NCBI GenBank assembly: GCA_016933215.1
Contig: JAFGBH010000056.1
Coordinates: forward strand, 1-62,737
Origin: Deltaproteobacteria bacterium
GTDB lineage: Bacteria; Desulfobacterota; Syntrophia; Syntrophales; UBA2210
Length of the DNA stretch: 62,737 nucleotides
Direction of reading: 5' to 3'
The notes beneath the pieces are model-generated. The model was not told where the DNA came from, did not search any database, and worked only from the letters and a program-made list of their open reading frames with translations. A program made the position numbers and the translations under genes. Shown one piece after another: positions 19,395 through 29,311 of the stretch (the stretch's first letter is position 1; each line of letters begins with the position of its first letter).

Positions 19395-20468
19395 GTGGAA
19401 ACAATACAGATTCCGAGAAGGAAGACAAAATCCATCCATGTTGGTTCTGTAATGATAGGGGGTGGAGCGCCCGTTGCCGTTCAGTCGATGACCTGCACCG
19501 ATACGAGAGACGTAAAAGCTACCCTTGATCAGATAAAAAGGCTGGAGGACGCTGGGTGCGAAATAGTGAGGGTGGCCGTTCCCGATGAGGAAGCGGCAGA
19601 TGCCCTGGTTGATATAAGGCGTGGCATTACCATACCCCTTATCGCCGATATCCATTTTAATCACCTGCTTGCCCTGAAGTCTATGGAAAATGGTGTTGAC
19701 GGAATACGGATTAATCCCGGCAACACTAAAAGAGAGAAGATTAAAGAGATTGTCATGGCGGCAAAGGAGCATGATGTTGCCATCCGCATCGGGATCAATG
19801 CCGGTTCTCTGGAAAAGGATATCCTGGCAAAGCACGGACGGCCAACGGTAGACGCACTCCTGGAGAGCACGCTGAGAAGTATAGAGCTTTTCGAGGATCT
19901 GAACTTTGATAATTTGAAACTTTCATTAAAGTCATCCGATGTGAATACCATGGTCGAGTCATGCAGGAGAATTTCCGAAAAGACCGATTACCCTCTTCAC
20001 CTGGGTGTAACCGAGGCGGGAAGCCTGATCAATGCGGCAATTAAGTCTTCGATCGGCCTTGGAATACTTCTTCACGAGGGTATAGGAGATACGATTCGGG
20101 TTTCCGTGACCGGAGATCCTGTGGGTGAAATAGACGTAGCATATGGAATCCTGAGGGCATTAAATATCAGAAGGGTAGGACCTGATATTATATCCTGTCC
20201 CACCTGCGGACGATGCGAGATTGATCTTTTTGGCCTCTCGGAGGAGGTAGAAACGAGGCTTTCCGGGATGAAGGACTATATGAAAATCGCCATTATGGGA
20301 TGTGTCGTAAACGGACCGGGAGAAGCGGCCGAAGCGGATATAGGAATCGCCGGCGGCCGCCATATGGGTCTCCTGTTCAAAAAAGGAAAGGCAGTGAGGA
20401 AGATAAAGGAAGAAGAGTTTGTCGATGCCTTGATAGATGAGATTACTACGATGATATCGAACAAGTGA
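19395..20468 (+). CDS. ispG: (E)-4-hydroxy-3-methylbut-2-enyl-diphosphate synthase
   Basis: VQSMT, ADIHF, RINPGN, HLGVTEAG, SCPTCGRC, MGCVVNGPGEA. Confidence 0.96.
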   Translation: METIQIPRRKTKSIHVGSVMIGGGAPVAVQSMTCTDTRDVKATLDQIKRLEDAGCEIVRVAVPDEEAADALVDIRRGITIPLIADIHFNHLLALKSMENGVDGIRINPGNTKREKIKEIVMAAKEHDVAIRIGINAGSLEKDILAKHGRPTVDALLESTLRSIELFEDLNFDNLKLSLKSSDVNTMVESCRRISEKTDYPLHLGVTEAGSLINAAIKSSIGLGILLHEGIGDTIRVSVTGDPVGEIDVAYGILRALNIRRVGPDIISCPTCGRCEIDLFGLSEEVETRLSGMKDYMKIAIMGCVVNGPGEAAEADIGIAGGRHMGLLFKKGKAVRKIKEEEFVDALIDEITTMISNK

Positions 20469-20480
20469 TGAGGAGGAATA

Positions 20481-22205
20481 ATGCGCTATTCTGAGATGTT
20501 TTTGCCGACCACGCGAGAGATTCCGTCGGATGCAGAAACGGTAAGCCATCAGCTTATGCTGAGGGCTGGAATGATACGGAAGCTGACGAGCGGTATATAT
20601 TCATATCTGCCCCTTGGTTACAGGGTGATTAAAAAGGTGGAGAGGATAGTTCGTGAGGAAATGAACAGGGCCGGTGCCGAGGAGGTTTTTCTCCCTGCGG
20701 TGCAACCCTCGGAGCTCTGGAAAGAATCGGGTCGCTGGGATTTTTACGGTAAAGAGCTTCTGCGATTGAAAGACAGGCACAACAGGGAATACTGTTTCGG
20801 GCCGACTCATGAGGAGGTTATGACCGATCTGGTAAGGAACGAAATCCAGACCTACCGGCAGCTTCCAAAGAATCTCTATCAGATTCAGACAAAGTTTCGG
20901 GATGAGATACGCCCCCGTTTCGGCATCATGAGATGCCGGGAATTCGGGATGAAAGATGCCTACAGCTATGATGTGGATGAAGAGAGTGCCATCGTGAGTT
21001 ATCAGAAGATGTTCGAGGCCTATAAAAGAATCTTCAGTCGCTGCGGTCTTCGATTCAGGCCCGTTGAGGCGGATAGTGGTAATATCGGAGGGAGCTATTC
21101 TCACGAGTTTATGGTCTATGCCGATTCGGGGGAGGATGCAATGATGTTCTGCACCTCCTGTGATTATGCGGCCAATCTTGAAAAAGCCGAGATCTCGGAA
21201 CCGGAAAAAGCGCCGGTAGACGAGAGCGTGTTTCTTCCCCTTGAAGAGGTTCATACACCCGACGTGAGGACAATAGAGGAAGTGTCAGGGTTTCTTGGGG
21301 TTACACCTCAATGTATCGTGAAGACACTCATATTTACTGCCGATGAAAGGCCTGTTGCGGTTTTGATACGGGGTGATGAAGAGATAAACGAGGCAAAACT
21401 GAGGAACTTTCTGGGGTGTGATAATCTTGAGCTGGCAATGGATGACATTATTAAAGAGGTGACAGATTCACCCAGGGGGTTTGCCGGTCCCATAGGCATA
21501 AAGTGCGAAATAATCGCCGATTATTCGCTCATCAATATGAATAATTTTGTCATTGGTGCCAACAAAGAGGATCACCACATAATAAACTGCAACATCGGAA
21601 GGGACTTCAGTGTTGCGAACTTTTCCGATCTCAGGATGATCACTGAAAAAGATAGATGTCCGAGATGCGGAAGCCCCATCAGCTTTGCCAGGGGCATTGA
21701 AGTGGGACACGTATTTAAACTGGGAACGAAATACAGCAAGGCAATGAACGCAACCTATCTGGACAGAGACGGAAAAGATAAACTCATGGTTATGGGGTGT
21801 TATGGAATAGGAATCGGAAGGACATCGGCCGCATGCATCGAGCAGAACAATGACAAGGATGGAATCGTATGGCCGATGCCTATTGCGCCCTTTCATGTTA
21901 TAATTACACCCGTTAACGTGAAGGATGAAGATATTTTGAAGACCTCCGACGAGATATATCGCTCGCTTGAGGCGGAAGGAATCGAGGTTGTCCTCGATGA
22001 CAGGGATGAGAGGGCGGGCGTCAAGTTTATCGATGCCGACCTTATCGGTATTCCCCTCAGGATTACGGTGGGAAAGAAAAACCTGGTCGATGGAAATGTG
22101 GAGGTACGGTTCAGACGTTCGGGCGAGGTTGAGATAGTGCCGGTTGAAGAAGTCAGAGATTATGTTGTTGCTAAGGTGAGGGAGGGGCTGGGCGAGACAG
22201 ACTAA
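20481..22205 (+). CDS. proS: Proline--tRNA ligase (long form with editing domain)
   Basis: GPTHEE, YQIQTKFRDE.RPRFG, IEVGHVFKLG, MGCYGIG. Confidence 0.97.
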   Translation: MRYSEMFLPTTREIPSDAETVSHQLMLRAGMIRKLTSGIYSYLPLGYRVIKKVERIVREEMNRAGAEEVFLPAVQPSELWKESGRWDFYGKELLRLKDRHNREYCFGPTHEEVMTDLVRNEIQTYRQLPKNLYQIQTKFRDEIRPRFGIMRCREFGMKDAYSYDVDEESAIVSYQKMFEAYKRIFSRCGLRFRPVEADSGNIGGSYSHEFMVYADSGEDAMMFCTSCDYAANLEKAEISEPEKAPVDESVFLPLEEVHTPDVRTIEEVSGFLGVTPQCIVKTLIFTADERPVAVLIRGDEEINEAKLRNFLGCDNLELAMDDIIKEVTDSPRGFAGPIGIKCEIIADYSLINMNNFVIGANKEDHHIINCNIGRDFSVANFSDLRMITEKDRCPRCGSPISFARGIEVGHVFKLGTKYSKAMNATYLDRDGKDKLMVMGCYGIGIGRTSAACIEQNNDKDGIVWPMPIAPFHVIITPVNVKDEDILKTSDEIYRSLEAEGIEVVLDDRDERAGVKFIDADLIGIPLRITVGKKNLVDGNVEVRFRRSGEVEIVPVEEVRDYVVAKVREGLGETD

Positions 22206-22307
22206 ATGCGTGGCCGCCGTTTCTGAGAGTATGCGGAATTCCCGCTGAGAATATGCCGCTGAGTTTTATCTTAGTTTAAGACTCCGAGTGTCTGGTGTAA
22301 AAAGAGA

Positions 22308-24485
22308 ATGATACGGATAACAGATATATTAGAAAAAGCGCAGGAGTATCTTCCCGAAGATGATCTTGAAATGATAGAGAAGGCCTATATCTTCTCTGCA
22401 TCTGTTCATCAGGGACAGATTCGCATGTCAAAGGAGCCCTACCTTATTCACCCCTTGGAGGTTGCGGGAATTCTCGTTGATATGAAGCTTGATGCCGCTA
22501 CTATTACGACGGGTCTTCTTCATGATACCATTGAGGATACCGTTGCAAGGATTGAAGAGATAGAAGAAGCATTTGGCAAGGAGATTGCCTCCCTCGTGGC
22601 CGGGCTTACAAAAATAAGCAGAATTACACTGGGAGACCTGCTGGAGCACCAGGCGGAAAACTTCAGAAAGATGATATTGGCCATGTCTGCCGATATACGG
22701 ATCATCCTGGTGAGACTCGCTGACAGAGTCCATAATATGCGAACGCTCGAGTATCAAAGCCCCGAAAGGCAAAGGTTTATTGCACGGGAGACTCTTGAAG
22801 TGTACGCTCCCCTGGCAAATCGTCTCGGTATCAACTGGATTAAACTGGAACTGGAAGATCATGCCTTCAAGTATGTATATACTGATGAGTATTTCGAACT
22901 GATAGAGCGGGTTGATAAAAAGAAAGATGAACGGGATCAGTATACTGAAAAGGTCAAGAATGTAATACAGGCTGAAATGGAGAAGTATGACCTCAAGGGA
23001 GAGGTTGAGGGGAGGGCCAAACATTTTTACAGCATATATAAGAAAATGAAGGAGCAGGGCATAGATTTTGATGAGGTCTATGATCTTACTGCCTTCAGGG
23101 TAATCCTTGATTCGAACAAGGAGAGAGAGTGTTACGAGGTGTTGAGTATTGTACATGCACTCTGGAAGCCCGTACCGGGCCGTTTTAAGGATTACATCGC
23201 GATGCCGAAGGCGAATAATTATCGCTCTCTCCATACGACGGTCATAGGCCCCTACGGCGAAAGGATGGAAGTGCAGATCAGGACGAGAGAGATGCACGAG
23301 TGGGCTGAAAAGGGGATCGCCGCTCACTGGCGATATAAGGAAGGAAAGGCCTTTTCATCCGATGAGGAAGTCCAGATTGCCAAATTGAGAGAACTTCTTG
23401 ATGTTCAGCAGGGCCAGGACGACGCCAGGGAGTTCATGAAAAACCTGAAGCTGGCCCTCTATCCCGATGAGGTCTATGTCTTCACTCCCAAGGGGGATGC
23501 AAAGGCATTTCCCAGGGGCGCGACGCCTATCGATTTTGCCTATAGTATTCATACCGACGTGGGAAATCAGTGCATCGGTGCCAGAGTTAACAGAAGCCTC
23601 GTTCCTTTGAAATATAAGCTTCAAAATGGTGACACCGTTGAAGTCATTACACAACCGAACCATTATCCAAGCAAGGATTGGCTGAAATATGCTGTGACGT
23701 CGAGGGCGATAGCTAAGATAAAACAGTGGATAAAGACGGAAGAGAGAGAAAAAAGCGTTGCTCTCGGGAAAGACATTTTTGAAAAGGAGCTGAAACGACA
23801 CCATCTCAAATACAGTACTATAGTCAAGTCGAACGAGTTCAAGGCTGTTTTGACGGACTATTCTCTCAATACCACGGACGATATGCTTGCCCTCATCGGC
23901 TACGGAAAGTTATCGGCCAAACATGTGGTAAATAAGTTTATCCATGTCGAAGAGAAAGAAAAAGAAGAAAGTATTTTCGAGAGGGTCAAAAAGAGATTCA
24001 GAAGGACATACGATGCGGGTGTATCCATAACGGGAATTGATAATGTAATGGTGCGTTTTGCAAAGTGTTGCAGTCCCCTTCCTGGAGACGATATTGTGGG
24101 CTGTATTACAAGAGGCAGAGGGGTAAGTGTTCACGTTGCAAACTGTCCCATGATACAAAATATGGAGCCCGAGAGGATCATCGACGTTAACTGGAATATC
24201 TCGATGAAACAGACATATCCAGTGAATATAAGGGCTTCCTGCAGAGACAAAAAAGGACTTCTGACGGAGCTCAGCAATGTAATCTCCTCACTGGGAATTA
24301 ACATAAGTTATGTTAACATCGAAACCATGCCAGGCAATCTGGCTATCTGCGACTTTCAGCTTGAGGTAAGTGACCTCGAGCAGTTTAATATGGTTTTAAC
24401 GGGACTTAAAAAACTGAAGAGCGTTCATTCCGTTGAAAGGATCAAGGGGCTCGTGTCTCGCGACGACAAGAGGGGGCAGTTATGA
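22308..24485 (+). CDS. spoT: Bifunctional (p)ppGpp synthetase/hydrolase (long RSH)
   Basis: Intact LLHDTIED hydrolase motif, GRAKH/YRSLHT/EVQIRT synthetase motifs, TGS, AKCC ZFD and ACT domains. Confidence 0.93.
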   Translation: MIRITDILEKAQEYLPEDDLEMIEKAYIFSASVHQGQIRMSKEPYLIHPLEVAGILVDMKLDAATITTGLLHDTIEDTVARIEEIEEAFGKEIASLVAGLTKISRITLGDLLEHQAENFRKMILAMSADIRIILVRLADRVHNMRTLEYQSPERQRFIARETLEVYAPLANRLGINWIKLELEDHAFKYVYTDEYFELIERVDKKKDERDQYTEKVKNVIQAEMEKYDLKGEVEGRAKHFYSIYKKMKEQGIDFDEVYDLTAFRVILDSNKERECYEVLSIVHALWKPVPGRFKDYIAMPKANNYRSLHTTVIGPYGERMEVQIRTREMHEWAEKGIAAHWRYKEGKAFSSDEEVQIAKLRELLDVQQGQDDAREFMKNLKLALYPDEVYVFTPKGDAKAFPRGATPIDFAYSIHTDVGNQCIGARVNRSLVPLKYKLQNGDTVEVITQPNHYPSKDWLKYAVTSRAIAKIKQWIKTEEREKSVALGKDIFEKELKRHHLKYSTIVKSNEFKAVLTDYSLNTTDDMLALIGYGKLSAKHVVNKFIHVEEKEKEESIFERVKKRFRRTYDAGVSITGIDNVMVRFAKCCSPLPGDDIVGCITRGRGVSVHVANCPMIQNMEPERIIDVNWNISMKQTYPVNIRASCRDKKGLLTELSNVISSLGINISYVNIETMPGNLAICDFQLEVSDLEQFNMVLTGLKKLKSVHSVERIKGLVSRDDKRGQL

Positions 24486-24569
24486 AAGGATTGTTTGGCT
24501 CCTGTCAGCGGAAAAAGAGTTCTAACTAATGGCGAAGGTCAGCCCTGCGCCTCTGGAGAAAAATCTGAA

Positions 24570-25283
24570 ATGAGAAGACATTGTATCACCAGGGTGTTGT
24601 ATATTATCATAACGGTATTACTTTTTTTAACCCTTACCTCTGCTTCGGCATTTGCCATTAAGGACAGATATGAAGTGGTTATCGATCCGGCTCACGGCGG
24701 GAGCGATTCTGGCGTGATTCTTACACGCAGTGTCAGCGAGAAAGAAGTGACCCTTGCAATTGCAAAGATGATAAAACAGAATCTCGACAAGACTGAGAAC
24801 ATAAGGGTGAAACTCACCAGGTCGACGGATACGGATATTTCGATACGAGACAGGAAAAAGATGGTCGACAAAGCAACAACAGATTTGTTTGTCAGTATTC
24901 ACATCAATGCAGGTTTTGGAAACAAATCAGCCGGTTATGAAATCTATTATACATCGTCCAAAAGAGGTACTTCATCAGGCGAAACTGGATCAAAGGAAAT
25001 TGTCGAAGACATGATAGAAAGCAGATATATCAATGACAGCATCCTCTTTGCCCAGCTTGCCCAGAGAAATATTGAAAAGGTTTTTCCGCGGGAAGGGCGG
25101 GGTATCAGGAGTGCGCCCGTTTTCGTTTTGGACGGCTTGTCAGTTCCTGCAATTGAGATAGAACTGGGCTTTGCGACACATATAAAAAGCAAGAAGAAAC
25201 TTGCCGATGAAGAGATTCAGAAATCGATTGCCGATGGGCTGAGCAAGAGTATAAAGGAATTTTTCACAAGCTCCGGGGAATAA
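24570..25283 (+). CDS. N-acetylmuramoyl-L-alanine amidase (Amidase_3)
   Basis: IDPAHGG, EKEVTL, FVSIHINA, IEIELGF; N-terminal hydrophobic signal from ATG 24570 (ORF track starts at 24495). Confidence 0.85.
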   Translation: MRRHCITRVLYIIITVLLFLTLTSASAFAIKDRYEVVIDPAHGGSDSGVILTRSVSEKEVTLAIAKMIKQNLDKTENIRVKLTRSTDTDISIRDRKKMVDKATTDLFVSIHINAGFGNKSAGYEIYYTSSKRGTSSGETGSKEIVEDMIESRYINDSILFAQLAQRNIEKVFPREGRGIRSAPVFVLDGLSVPAIEIELGFATHIKSKKKLADEEIQKSIADGLSKSIKEFFTSSGE

Positions 25284-25286
25284 ATT

Positions 25287-26009
25287 ATGCGCAATGATGG
25301 ACGTAAGTGGGACGAAATACGGAAATGCAGGGTAACGAGAAAGTATCTGCCAAACGCAAACGGCTCCGCCCTCATCGAAATGGGCGGTACAAAGGTGATC
25401 TGTACCGCTTCTGTCGAGGACAGGGTGCCGCCTTTTTTAAGAGATAGCGGAAGAGGATGGCTGACTGCAGAATACTCGATGCTTCCCATGGCAACACCCA
25501 CAAGGAATACAAGAGAAGCAACAAGGGGGAGACTGGGCGGAAGGACTCATGAGATTCAGCGATTGATAGGAAGATCCCTCCGTTCTGTAACGGACCTGAC
25601 CCTTTTTGGCGAAAAGACGATATACATAGACTGTGACGTTATACAGGCCGATGGGGGAACAAGAACGGCGTCGATTACGGGGAGTTTCATTGCGCTCGTC
25701 GATGCCTTTCGGTCGCTCAAGGAAGAGGGGAGAATCGATCACTTTGGAATTTCCGATTATGTCTCTGCCATAAGCGTGGGGCTTGTTGGAGGGGAAATCA
25801 TGCTCGACCTCGATTACAGTGAGGATTCGACAGCTGACGTTGATGCCAATTTTGTCATGACGAGAAGCGGAAATATCATCGAGATACAGGGTACGGCGGA
25901 GGGTGAACCCTTCAGGCGCACCCTCCTGGATAAGATGATCGATGTGGCGCAAAAGGGGGTAGCTGAACTGACGGAAATGCAAATAAATCTCCTGGGAGAG
26001 TTGATCTGA
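25287..26009 (+). CDS. rph: Ribonuclease PH
   Basis: [39 protein letters not shown]. Confidence 0.97.
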   Translation: MRNDGRKWDEIRKCRVTRKYLPNANGSALIEMGGTKVICTASVEDRVPPFLRDSGRGWLTAEYSMLPMATPTRNTREATRGRLGGRTHEIQRLIGRSLRSVTDLTLFGEKTIYIDCDVIQADGGTRTASITGSFIALVDAFRSLKEEGRIDHFGISDYVSAISVGLVGGEIMLDLDYSEDSTADVDANFVMTRSGNIIEIQGTAEGEPFRRTLLDKMIDVAQKGVAELTEMQINLLGELI

Positions 26010-26602
26010 AAAAAATAGTATTCGCTTCCAAAAACAAGGGGAAGATAAAAGAACTTAAAGCATTGCTTGAAGGTATTTCCGTCGAAGTGGCGTCCATTGA
26101 TGATTATCCGGAGATACCCGATGTCGTCGAAGATGGAAGCAGTTTTTTCGAAAACGCCATGAAAAAGGCGAGGCTCATCTTTGACTATACGGGTCAGATG
26201 GTAATTGCCGATGATTCGGGTCTCGAGGTTGATTATTTGGGAGGAAGGCCCGGTGTACACTCGTCCCGATATGCGGGAGAAAATGCCACCGATGAGGAAA
26301 ATAATAAAAAGCTTTTGAGCGAACTGGCAAGTGTTCCTGATGAAAAGCGGGGGGCCGCCTTCAGGTGTGTCCTGATACTCTTTATGGGCAGTGAAAACTA
26401 CGAATCGTTCGAGGGAAAGCTTGAGGGAAAAATAGGAACTGAGCTGAAGGGTAACGAGGGTTTCGGCTATGATCCCGTTTTTATCGTCTCCGAATATGGA
26501 AAAACAGTTGCCGAGTTAGGTGCGTCTATCAAAAACAGAATAAGTCACAGAGCGGTTGCGTTCCAAAAACTGAAAAAAAGCTTGAAAGAAGAAGTCAAAT
26601 AA
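26006..26602 (+). CDS. rdgB: dITP/XTP pyrophosphatase (Ham1/RdgB); probable CTG start
   Basis: [16 protein letters not shown] lies upstream of the ORF-track start (26063); [29 protein letters not shown]. Confidence 0.92.
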   Translation: MKKIVFASKNKGKIKELKALLEGISVEVASIDDYPEIPDVVEDGSSFFENAMKKARLIFDYTGQMVIADDSGLEVDYLGGRPGVHSSRYAGENATDEENNKKLLSELASVPDEKRGAAFRCVLILFMGSENYESFEGKLEGKIGTELKGNEGFGYDPVFIVSEYGKTVAELGASIKNRISHRAVAFQKLKKSLKEEVK

Positions 26603-26620
26603 AATAGAAGCTCTGACAGT

Positions 26621-26697
26621 CGGGGCGTAGCGCAGCCTGGTAGCGCGCATGCTTTGGGAGCATGATGTCGCAGGTTCAAATCCTGCCGCCCCGACCA
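26621..26697 (+). tRNA. tRNA-Pro (TGG)
   Basis: CGGGGCG/CGCCCCG acceptor stem, D-loop CCTGGTA, anticodon arm CATGC-TT TGG GA-GCATG, GGTTCAAATCC T-loop, encoded CCA. Confidence 0.97.
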
Positions 26698-26699
26698 AA
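26671..26699 (+). repeat. att site copy within the tRNA-Pro 3' end
   Basis: CAGGTTCAAATCCTGCCGCCCCGACCAAA, identical to 33319-33347. Confidence 0.9.
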
Positions 26700-26711
26700 T
26701 AATATTTGTAA

Positions 26712-27881
26712 TTACAGTTGGTTAGCATTTTCAATATGCCCCAAATTCTTTACCACTTCTTTACCAGAAGCGTCTTTATAAATCTCTCGTAAATCATCAG
26801 CTTCAATTCTGAAATATCGCTCAAATGCCTTGTTGGTATGATGACCTGATGCTTTTTTAATTTCCTCTGGTGATCTTCCCGCTTTTCTTAATGCTCGTGC
26901 TGAACTGTGACGAGTACCACCGTACAAGTCAACGCCATTAACGCCGATGTTTTTACACGCTTTTTTCCACCAATTTGACAGTACGTGCTGACCAAAAGGA
27001 GAGCCCGCTTTTCTACCTGAACCCTTTGTATGTCTGAGAAACCTGAGGTTTGGCAGACCCCGGGGGAACGATCTGAATATCTCTATATCTTCATCAATAA
27101 GAGGTACTGCTTTATATTTCTTTTCTTTCGGCTTCGGAAAGTAAAGATATCCGTTTCCAAGGTCAATATTACCTTCTTCAAGAGATATCAATTCTCCCGG
27201 CCTTATTGATATGTAGGTGGATAGCAGCTTTATTGCGAACCAGATTTTTGGATTATAATTAGCTGTAAGTTTCTTGACCTCGTTGAGTATGGCAATCTGT
27301 GTTTCCTTGTCGATAGTCTTTCTATATCCTATCTCAACGTCTGTGCTTGGGAATTCTGGAAAGTCCTGCATTGAAATGTATTTACATTTGCGGAGCCATT
27401 CCCAGAAGGTGTGTAATGCGTCAATATAGTTCTTCTGCGTCTTTGAGCTGAGTTTACTGAGAGAGTATTTAAAGTCTTCGAGTTCAGGATATCCGATATC
27501 CTTGATGTTTGTATCAGCAAAGAAAGCAGAAGCTTTTGAAGCATAATTCTTAAGATTGTTATAATTTTTGGGCTTTACCTCTTGTTTCTTACGCTCAATC
27601 CACTTCTCAATTAGTGTTGAGAATCCTAACGGCTTATTCTTTCGATAATCACGATCATCAAAGTTACCTTCATCGTACTTAAATCTTAACCCTTCAAGAA
27701 AACGTTTAGCATTATCATAATTGTTAAATCGCTGATGTACGCTTTTAAATCTTGCAGAAAATCTTGTTGCTACTATCTTGTTGTGATTTGGACATTTTAA
27801 CGACTTTTTCCCGTCGTCTTTAAACGTTGAACTACAGACAGGACACCTCTGATCTGAATAGATTCCTCCAATCATACACAT
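26712..27881 (-). CDS. Tyrosine recombinase/integrase
   Basis: IRPGEL (R), KPKEKK, RHSSAR (HxxR), SGHHT (H), FERYF (Y); likely start ATG 27881 after GGGGGTG. Confidence 0.92.
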   Translation of the reverse strand: MCMIGGIYSDQRCPVCSSTFKDDGKKSLKCPNHNKIVATRFSARFKSVHQRFNNYDNAKRFLEGLRFKYDEGNFDDRDYRKNKPLGFSTLIEKWIERKKQEVKPKNYNNLKNYASKASAFFADTNIKDIGYPELEDFKYSLSKLSSKTQKNYIDALHTFWEWLRKCKYISMQDFPEFPSTDVEIGYRKTIDKETQIAILNEVKKLTANYNPKIWFAIKLLSTYISIRPGELISLEEGNIDLGNGYLYFPKPKEKKYKAVPLIDEDIEIFRSFPRGLPNLRFLRHTKGSGRKAGSPFGQHVLSNWWKKACKNIGVNGVDLYGGTRHSSARALRKAGRSPEEIKKASGHHTNKAFERYFRIEADDLREIYKDASGKEVVKNLGHIENANQL

Positions 27882-27930
27882 TTCACCCCCTTTATTTTGG
27901 GAGCTATTATGTCCGAGAGATGAATTCAAA

Positions 27931-29262
27931 TCAAGGCTTCCTTTCGAGTGCGTCTTTTATCCTCTTGGCACCTTCACTTTCCATTAACGTTTCAGTGGGC
28001 AATCCCAATTTTATCGCTTTCTTTTCATACTCCTCTTTGAAATCTTTCTTATTGCTTAAATACATAGCTATATCGTTCATGGCGTTTCGTAATGCGCTTT
28101 CTTGGTTTTTCTTCTGCGATATAACCGCATAACCTATAAGCAAGCCTGCCATTCTCGATACATAAGGGTCTAATGTCCGATGTGCTGTTTTCCTATATTC
28201 CCTCTTGATGTTTGATATTTCTCCAAATCGATTCTTGCAATTGATTACGTCCTGCCAAAATTCAAGGTATGTTCTCCGTTCAGTTTTTTCGTTGTCGAGA
28301 TGCCGTAAAGAAAACCATTCTGTCGTTAAATATTCCCAAATGTCAGCTATTGTTTTTTCAAGGTCATCCAGTGTTTCTATCTTGTATTGTTTCAATATAG
28401 ATCGTCTTATCTGGTATTCGATGCGCCATACATCCTCAGAATTATCGGTATTCCAAATTTCCAGCCATCGTTTCTCGGTGTCCTTCTTCGTTATCTCCAG
28501 ACCCTTGTTATATATCCTCAACTTAATGTCCGCTTTACCAACGCCGAAGTATATTGACTCAAGGATATCACCATTTTTATATTCAAGGGTCTTAATGCTC
28601 CTACCTACCTTATGCTTTTTCAGATAATCAGCGTCCAATCCTCCCGTAATTCTATAGTCTGCGCAGATATCCACTCTACTAGGCTTTATAAGCGTTATTC
28701 TTCCACCTAATACTGTTATGTCTTGCCATATCGCTATTACTGCGCTGTGATACCCTATGCTCCATAGTGCCTCTGAATTTATAGACACAAATACATTCGG
28801 GCTGTTGTTCTTCGGTTCTTCTGATATTGCTATAAAGATATGATATTCAGGAAATTGTAGATGATAACGGTAATTCGGCTGTTTCCCACCTGGTAGAAAC
28901 AGATATTTCCTCGTCTCAGTTAAATTAACTAATATGCCGTCAGTACCAAACGCCAGCTCCTTTCTGGCTTGAAAGATATCCTTCTTATCTTCCCAATCAT
29001 TGTTCCAGTTAACGTATACACCTAAATCTAGTGTATCTATACCGCATGATAAAAGCTCCCATTCTGTCCGCTGTGGGTTTTGCACATGGCGTGTTACAGA
29101 CAACGCCATGTTTTCATCCATACCATTTGATTGATTGTTTTGTGTCTGTCCGACCGCCTGCCCACCGCAGCCGTCCGGACAGACCACACCCATCTCTACC
29201 GATGATTTTGGATTATCAGTGTGGTCATAGATAGTATCTCTATGTGGTGCTCTTTCCTCCAT
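27931..29262 (-). CDS. Rep_trans-family rolling-circle replication initiator/relaxase
   Basis: GIDTLDL, SRVDICAD, ESIYFG, KLRIYNKGLE (catalytic Tyr, like RepC/RepD RIYNK), VWRIEYQIRR; exact start uncertain. Confidence 0.78.
   Translation of the reverse strand: MEERAPHRDTIYDHTDNPKSSVEMGVVCPDGCGGQAVGQTQNNQSNGMDENMALSVTRHVQNPQRTEWELLSCGIDTLDLGVYVNWNNDWEDKKDIFQARKELAFGTDGILVNLTETRKYLFLPGGKQPNYRYHLQFPEYHIFIAISEEPKNNSPNVFVSINSEALWSIGYHSAVIAIWQDITVLGGRITLIKPSRVDICADYRITGGLDADYLKKHKVGRSIKTLEYKNGDILESIYFGVGKADIKLRIYNKGLEITKKDTEKRWLEIWNTDNSEDVWRIEYQIRRSILKQYKIETLDDLEKTIADIWEYLTTEWFSLRHLDNEKTERRTYLEFWQDVINCKNRFGEISNIKREYRKTAHRTLDPYVSRMAGLLIGYAVISQKKNQESALRNAMNDIAMYLSNKKDFKEEYEKKAIKLGLPTETLMESEGAKRIKDALERKP
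29085..29110 (-). other. Candidate double-strand origin / nick-site hairpin
   Basis: CATGGCGT-TGTCTGTAAC-ACGCCATG: perfect 8-bp stem, 10-nt loop ending in TAAC, within the 5' part of rep. Confidence 0.45.
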
Positions 29263-29311
29263 GCGTAAAATTATGACAGAGAAAAGGAAAGAGAACCGGA
29301 CAGGAATTTAA

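Noticed and set aside
22223-22263. Short imperfect direct repeats CTGAGA(G/A)TATGC between proS and rel
   Set aside because: Only two and a half degenerate copies, with no recurrence elsewhere in the window; could be chance
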